Shown here: positions 56,564 through 64,000 of the stretch, piece after piece
Numbering within the stretch: position 1 is the first letter of the stretch
Layout of the letters: each line of letters opens with the position of its first letter
Assembly (NCBI GenBank): GCA_964016885.1
Contig: OZ024760.1
Location: 12,524,001-12,588,000, forward strand
Origin: Eledone cirrhosa
Taxonomy: Eukaryota
Direction: 5' to 3'
Length of the DNA: 64,000 nucleotides
Made by a program: the position numbers and the translations under genes
Notes under the pieces: model-generated
Told to the model about the DNA's origin: nothing
Seen by the model: the letters and a program-made list of their open reading frames with translations, nothing else
Databases searched by the model: none

Positions 56564-56942
56564 AAAATGAAGTGAAGTGAGTTTATATAGAAACTGGTTT
56601 TGAGACTTAAATTTCTACTTTAGTTACAAGTGGTTGACAGCATGATATATAAATATATATATACACACACACAGATATATATACACACACAGACACACAG
56701 ATATATATATATATATAATGTCACCACGTGTACAAATGATGAAACAAAGAAGAAATTTCAATAAAAATACAATTACTAATAACAAAAAAAACTTAACATA
56801 AATAAAAACAATAGAAAACCACAAAAAAAAAATACCAGAATAACAATGAATCAGGAATTGTGACACAGAAACAGCAAAACTATTAAAACACACGTACACA
56901 CGTGTATGTGTATATATCTATCTATCTCTCTATATATATATA

Positions 56943-56991
<49 letters not shown>

Positions 56992-57011
56992 GTATATATA
57001 TAAAATTAAGT

Positions 57012-57705
57012 ATGTGTGTGTGTCTGTGTATTACCTATAGGGGCCTACATCTTACGACCGATTTTCATGAAACTTTACAGGCTCATAGATTAGTTATCGG
57101 GGAGTGTTGTCTATATATCAGCGTATCGTCTTTTTATTCCGGGGTCATTCTGCAGATAAAAATCGGTAGGGGGGTGGGTCACCTTTTTTTAGGTTTTGAA
57201 AAATAAGATTTTTGGCTCTAGCTCCCACATTTTGCCACTGATTTCATTCACATTTTAAAGCAAAATAGAATTTATCATTGCACATCCTGTAGTGGCTTTC
57301 TATTTTGCATTTGTTGTTCAGGGACGGCGTGGCAGCCACTTAAATATTCATAAATACCATTTTTAGACTCAAATTTCCACTTTTTCGGCTCTAGCTCCCA
57401 CATTAATCAACCTACTTTGTTCAAATTTTACACTGCGCTAGATTTGATTATTTCACGTCTTAAAGTGGCTTTACATTTTGGATTTTTTGTTCAGGATTGG
57501 CGTGGCAGCTGCTTAAATATTCGAAAATACCACCTTTTCAGCTCTAGCTCCCACATTTTTCAACCGATTTCGTTCAAATTCGAAACTTCGGCTCCACCTC
57601 ACACATAAATCAATTTATTTGGTTCAACTTTTATACTACGATAGAATCTATCATTGCACATCTTATAGTAGCTTTACACTTTGCATGTTTTGTTCAGGGA
57701 CATGC
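57012..57705. mobile_element. Helitron/Helentron (DINE-like) non-autonomous element with internal ~160-bp repeats
   Basis: GT microsatellite followed by accgattttcatgaaacttt. The block gctctagctcccacatt recurs at about 57215, 57388 and 57541. Confidence 0.5.
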
Positions 57706-57780
57706 ACACACATATATATATATATAGATATAGAGTGTGTATATGTATATATATTTTCACATATATATATATATCTATAC

Positions 57781-57909
<129 letters not shown>

Positions 57910-58314
57910 CACACAGATATACATAAATACATATGTATACACACACGTCATATTAGTATGCTTTTTGGCAACTTTGCAGATTAAGAGAGCTAAGGTTTCT
58001 CGAAAGAAATTTTAATTGACAGTCTTTTGCAATTTTTTCTTTTGTTTTTTAAACAACACATTTTTGTCAGTCAGTATTTGATTACATTTTCTATTGTTTC
58101 CTGTGACAAATGGATTTAAATTGATTTACCAGGTATGAGATAATATCTAGAGCGAAAAAAATAAACCCCCAGAGATAATCATTTAACCCTCTTGAAACCA
58201 GTCCACCTAAAAATGCTTTTCATTTTACAATAGAAAAACGGTTAATTTCAACCTCCTCGCCTAAAACTTTTTTTCCTTTCTACAATACAAAACTTAAGTT
58301 AAACCCCTTGGAAA

Positions 58315-58930
58315 CTGAGCCACACCAAACCAAGCTTCCCTAAACTGTGCCAAACTGAGCTGAGCTGCACCAAACCAAGTCAAGCTGAGCTGTGCCAAAC
58401 TGTGATGAGCTGAGTTGAGCCAAGCCGCACCAAACCAAGAGAAGCTGAGCCAAATTGAGTCAAGCTGTGCCAAACTTAGGTGAGCTGAGCTGCATCAAAC
58501 CAAGCCGTGCCAAACTGAGATGAGATGAGTTGAGCCAAGCCGCACCAAACCAAGAGAAGCTGAGCCAAACTTAGATGAGCTGAGCTGCACCAAACCAAAC
58601 CAAGCCGTGCCAAACTGAGATGAGATGAGTTGAGCCAAGCCGCACCAAACCAAGAGAAGCTGAGCCAAACTTAGGTGAGCTGAGCTGTACCAAACCAAGC
58701 CAAGCCGTGCCAAACTGAGATGAGATGAGCTGCACCAAACCAAGCCAAGCCGTGCCAAACTGAGATGAGATGAGTTGAGCCAAGCCGCACCAAACCAAGA
58801 GAAGCTGAGCCAAACTTAGGTGAGCTGAGCTGCACCAAACCAAGCCAAGCCGTGCCAAACTGAGATGAGATGAGTTGAGCCAGGCCGAGCTGAGTCGAGC
58901 TGCACCAATCTGAGCCACGCCGTGCCAAGA
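58315..58930. repeat. Pentamer-based higher-order tandem repeat (~100-bp unit)
   Basis: ccaagccgtgccaaactgagatgagatgagttgagccaagccgcaccaaaccaagagaagctgagccaaactta..tgagctgagctgcaccaaa, about 5 copies. Confidence 0.85.
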
Positions 58931-60065
58931 TAGTTATCAACCAATAGTACTTCTGCTCTTAATTGCACAAAGTTTCTCAGCATCAGCAAATGGAATAAAA
59001 CTATTCAGATGTAAATTATATTACAAGAAGATATAGATAGATCCAGCAATCTTACTAGCAAATGACCTTAAAATCTACTTGACTAATACAATTAGAAAAC
59101 TAATGATACTCAGTTCAACCCAGTTTAGAACATTACTAAATTGGTTCCGGTATATTTGATATAATTAGTATTTATTGCTATAGATTATTTAAAAAGACGA
59201 TATTAGATTCTTATAAGCATTAATTAAATTTAATGGGACTTATTAAATGTTCATCGAGTTTGCTTTATTATTCAGAATGAACAGCACAAATTGTCTTTCT
59301 GAAAACAATATTAAGACATTATTGGTTCAATATCTTTCCATAGTGACTGAATATAAAGTTTGTTGTGGGAATCCTGTCCTGTTTAGAATGGAATATATCA
59401 GGATAAAAGGCACGCAGTCCACACTGTAAATGTAGTCAATTTGGTGCCATGTTAAAAGGCACCCAGTACACACTGTAAATGTAGTCAATTTGGTGCCATG
59501 TTAAAAGGCACCCAGTACACACTGTAAATGTGGTCATTTTTGTACAAGTCCAAGCAAGGTGTGTTTGAGGAAGATCTGCAGTCACCCGCACATACCAGTC
59601 TCTCCTCTCCATGTCACCAATGTTGTCCAAGGGAAAGGTAAGATTTGATCTCAAAATGTAGAAAGCCAACACAAACACAACAAACCATTTTATCTTGGGT
59701 TCTAACGAGTCTGCTAATTTGCTGCCTTAGTTAATGCTATAAAACACGATATTAGACACTCATAAGTAGTAATTATATTTAACGGTACTTATTACTTGAT
59801 TGAATTACATTATTACTCTGAATGAACTACACTGCTTTTCCTTTCTGGAAGTAATATCAGTTTCTTGATTTAGACATGAGGCCAACAATTTTTTTTTTGG
59901 GGGGGGGGGGCGATTAAATTGACCCCAGTGTGTTATTGGTACTGTATTTTATTGACCCTGTAAGAATGAAAAGTAAAGCTAACCTCGATAGGATTTGAAC
60001 TCGGATTATAAAGTGGTGTAGAATTATTGATATGTTTGCAAAACAAAGAATCAAAAACTCTAGAC

Positions 60066-60408
60066 TAGGGGTGTGCAACATATTCCATTGGTGGCCACTT
60101 TTGAACATTGGAACAACTATTAGGGGCCAGTCACCGTCAAAAATATGTAATCTAATGAAAACCAGTGAATTGAGTCACAAATACATTGTGAATACATTTT
60201 TAAACAATAAAGACAAATAAAATATAATTTAGTTTTACTAATGTGAGACTTGGTGTTTGGTATTGGTCAACTAACAGAAGTATTACGGTTACAAAACAAA
60301 TTCTAAATAAGCCTACAAGGTAAAAATAAAAAAATGGTAATTGTGAGCCACTCTGACTGGTCTGGTGGGCTGGATTGTGGCCCGTGGGCAACCTGTTGCA
60401 CGCCCCTG
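60066..60408. mobile_element. hAT (Charlie-type) MITE
   Basis: TIRs taggggtgtgcaac / gttgcacgcccctg. Exact 8-bp TSD ctctagac at 60058-60065 and 60409-60416, fitting the NTCTAGAN preference. Confidence 0.85.
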
Positions 60409-60745
60409 CTCTAGACTTTATGATTGTGAGTTCAACCAACACCAGCCAACCACTATGTCACGTGTTTTCACCATTTTACAGCCAGTTGCCATGTTGTGTA
60501 TAGCTAAATGGCCGGGTATGTTTGAGAAAAAGAGAATTTGAGGCTGTGTGATATTCTAGCCGTAGAATTAATGATAATATCTTTTAAGAGGACTTAGGGA
60601 AGTTAAGTGGTTGTTTACTGAAAGCCTGTTGATTATGTCTAGCAGAAACACAACCCTTCATTCGAGTGTTTCTGGGGGAGAACTGTTATTCCTCACATAA
60701 CGACCATCTCATTTAACCATTAAATGATTGGTCACACTTACAGCC

Positions 60746-61217
60746 TTAACCCTTTACCATCCACATTACTCTATATATACTATTATATTTAACCCTTTAC
60801 CATCCACATTACTCTATATATACTATTATATTTAATCCTTTACCATCCACATTACTTTATATATACTATTATATTTAACCCTTTACCATCCACATTACTC
60901 TATATATACTATTATATTTAATCCTTTACCATCCACATTACTCTATATATACTATTATATTTAATCCTTTACTATCCACATTACTTTATATATACTATTA
61001 TATTTAACCCTTTACCATCCACATTACTCTATATATACTATTATATTTTCATGGTAAATGCTTTACTTCGCATAGTTATCTCACATGATAGTGAATCTGA
61101 GATTTTGAAAGTATTTATTTTGAGAACAATACCTTAACATCAGTTTGAGCGGCCAGTTACAGCCAGTTTCAACAGATAGAGGTAGAGAATTCTGGCCAGT
61201 TTGAACACTAAAGGTAA
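60746..61217. mobile_element. piggyBac-like MITE whose left 43 bp are tandemly repeated 7 times
   Basis: ttaaccctttaccatccacattactctatatatactattatat x7 (60746-61046), followed by a body homologous to 2171-2487. Confidence 0.65.
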
Positions 61218-61356
61218 CCCTTTAGTGTCTTCCCTGGACACACTTCATATTTATATGTTTTTTACTATGTTTTAGTTGTGTTTTTTTATCTCTTTCATGT
61301 AATTCTATGTAATAGATGTTTGTACTGTAGGAAGTAAATTGACGGAGTTGTTAGGA

Positions 61357-61718
61357 TGTCAGATAGGATAGGTACCCCTTCGGTACCCAACCTGTCAGAT
61401 AGGATAGGTACCCCTTCGGTACCCAACCTGTCAGATAGGATAGGTACCCCTTCAGTACCCAACCTGTCAGATAGGATAGGTACCCCTTCAGTACCCAACC
61501 TGTCAGATAGGATAGGTACCCCTTCGGTACCCAACCTGTCAGATAGGATAGGTACCCCTTCAGTACCCAACCTGTCAGATAGGATAGGTACCCCTTCAGT
61601 ACCCAACCTGTCAGATAGGATAGGTACCCCCTCAGTACCCAACCTGTCAGATAGGATAGGTACCCCTTCGGTACCCAACCTGTCAGATAGGATAGGTACC
61701 CCTTCGGTACCCAACCTG
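61357..61718. repeat. 36-bp minisatellite, 10 copies
   Basis: tgtcagataggataggtaccccttc(g/a)gtacccaacc, head to tail with no spacers. Confidence 0.95.
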
Positions 61719-61922
61719 GCCACAACTGGCTCTGGTTCTATCAAATAAAGTCATTCTCTTCCCCACATTTTCCTTTCCAACTTCCACCACATCCTGCCCC
61801 TCTTCCTACCCCACTTCCTTTCATCCACCTCCTCCTCCCACTCCCTTCCTCCACATCCTCCTCCCCTACTCCCTTCCTTTCACCCTCCTCATTAAATGCT
61901 CCACTCCATTGCACTAATCCCG

Positions 61923-62490
61923 GTGGTTAGAGAGCCAGTGGTGTGGTTAGATAACCAGTGGTGTGGTTAGAGAGCCAGTGGTGTGGTTAGATAACCAGTG
62001 GTGTGGTTAGAGAGCCAGTGGTGTGGTTAGATAACCAGTGGTGTGGTCAGATAACCAGTGGTGTGGTTAGAGAGCCAGTGGTGTGGTTAGATAACCAGTG
62101 GTGTGGTTAGAGAGCCAGTGGTGTGGTTAGATAACCAGTGGTGTGGTCAGAGAGCCAGTGGTGTGGTTAGATAACCAGTGGTGTGGTTAGAGAGCCAGTG
62201 GTGTGGTCAGATAACCAGTGGTGTGGTTAGAGAGCCAGTGGTGTGGTTAGATAACCAGTGGTGTGGTCAGATAACCAGTGGTGTGGTTAGATAACCAGTG
62301 GTGTGGTCAGATAACCAGTGGTGTGGTTAGATAACCAGTGGTGTGGTTAGAGAGCCAGTGGTGTGGTCAGATAACCAGTGGTGTGGTTAGAGAGCCAGTG
62401 GTGTGGTTAGATAACCAGTGGTGTGGTTAAATAGCCAGTGGTGTGGTTAGATAGCCAGTGGTGTGGTTAGATAGCTAGTGGCGTGGTTAT
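61923..62490. repeat. 20-bp minisatellite, about 28 copies
   Basis: tggtgtggt(t/c)aga(taa/gag)ccag, with two variants interspersed. Confidence 0.95.
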
Positions 62491-62770
62491 ATATATATAT
62501 ATATAAATATATATATACACACATATATATATACACTTTCTCAGCTAGACTATACTATACAGTGGTGCAATCTTTACTCAGATGGAAGAAAGCAATTTCA
62601 AATACATTTATTCCTGCTCTCTTCTATAGAAACATCTTGAACTGCCTTTTAAGCTATTAATCACTAATACTGGCTGATACATCACATAGCCCCCATCTTA
62701 TTCCACCCCCAAACCCCTCAGATATCCCTTTCCCACTCCAGATATCTCCACCCCTACACCACCACCGTCC

Positions 62771-62808
<38 letters not shown>

Positions 62809-62968
62809 TCTAGTCGATGCTCTCCTCCTCCTTCACCCCCCCCCCCGGATATCGCCCCCCCCCCCCCCACACACATATATATATATATATATACACATAT
62901 ACATATATCCTCTACATTTACCACATCTATGCTCTCCTCCTCTTCCTCCTCCTCACCCCACCGCCGCC

Positions 62969-63001
<33 letters not shown>

Positions 63002-63413
63002 AAGCTGTGTTTCTACCATCACCCTCACCACACTACCACCACCACCACCACACTACCCCCTCCTTCACCATCACCCCACCACCACCACCACCACCACACT
63101 ACCCCCTCCTTCACCATCACCCCACCACCACCACCACCACCACACTACCCCCTCCTTCACCATCACCCCACCACCATCACCACCACCACACTACCCCCTC
63201 CTTCACCATCACCCCACCACCACCACCACCACCACACTACCCCCTCCTTCACCATCCCACCACCACCATCACCCTCACCACACTACCCCCTCCTTCACCA
63301 TCACCCCACCACCACCACCACCACCACCACACTACCTCTCACCTCTACCTTCTCCTCAAGTACTATCAAACAGCTTTTTATCTTCTAAAGCAATTCAGTT
63401 ACATCCATTGCCC

Positions 63414-63456
<43 letters not shown>

Positions 63457-63632
63457 ATCACAGGTTCAGGTTTTATATATGTTTGTTGTTGCTGTTGTTG
63501 CTGTTGTATATTTATTTCATCCTCATATATTTCTAAACCACTTATTTCCCTGACACAGGGGAGGGGGGGAGGGGAGAGTCTACCCTAAAGGGATAATTCC
63601 TTTATCTACCAGAAAGGGAAGCAGATGTGTCC

Positions 63633-63698
<66 letters not shown>

Positions 63699-63731
63699 CA
63701 TCACCGGTTAATGTCCACTTACCATGGGTTT

Positions 63732-64000
<269 letters not shown>

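Noticed and set aside
61357-62490. CRISPR-like appearance of the 36-bp and 20-bp partly palindromic repeats
   Set aside because: The units are head to tail with no unique spacers, there are no cas genes, and the context is a eukaryotic intron.

Overview
Eukaryotic, AT-rich and microsatellite-saturated animal DNA. The repeat repertoire suggests a coleoid cephalopod such as octopus (inference). Almost all ORFs in the supplied track are translations of (TA)n/(CA)n/(GA)n/triplet microsatellites and are not genes. The only host gene I can support is the 3' part of exostosin-1 (EXT1) on the minus strand: six GT-AG exons at 50506-50387, 43632-43381, 41843-41745, 40473-40384, 39164-39004 and 38317-37954, giving 361 codons plus stop. 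Its earlier exons lie beyond the window or in the 200-N gap. The rest is mobile DNA: RTE-, CR1/L2- and Tx1-type LINE ends, tRNA-derived SINEs, hAT, piggyBac-like, mariner-like and Helitron-like non-autonomous elements, and minisatellites. The most striking signal is a set of at least four families of short non-coding elements embedded in (TA)n. They carry type I hammerhead-ribozyme (HHR) cores or half-cores with palindromic stem III and are usually fold-back palindromes. A decayed Penelope-like GIY-YIG element in the same region is a plausible mobiliser. One such HHR lies in sense orientation about 20 nt from an EXT1 splice donor. Separately, an EXT1 exon reads in frame into an intronic Tx1 ORF that has its own poly(A) signal. 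All structures were folded by eye and nothing was computed or searched.
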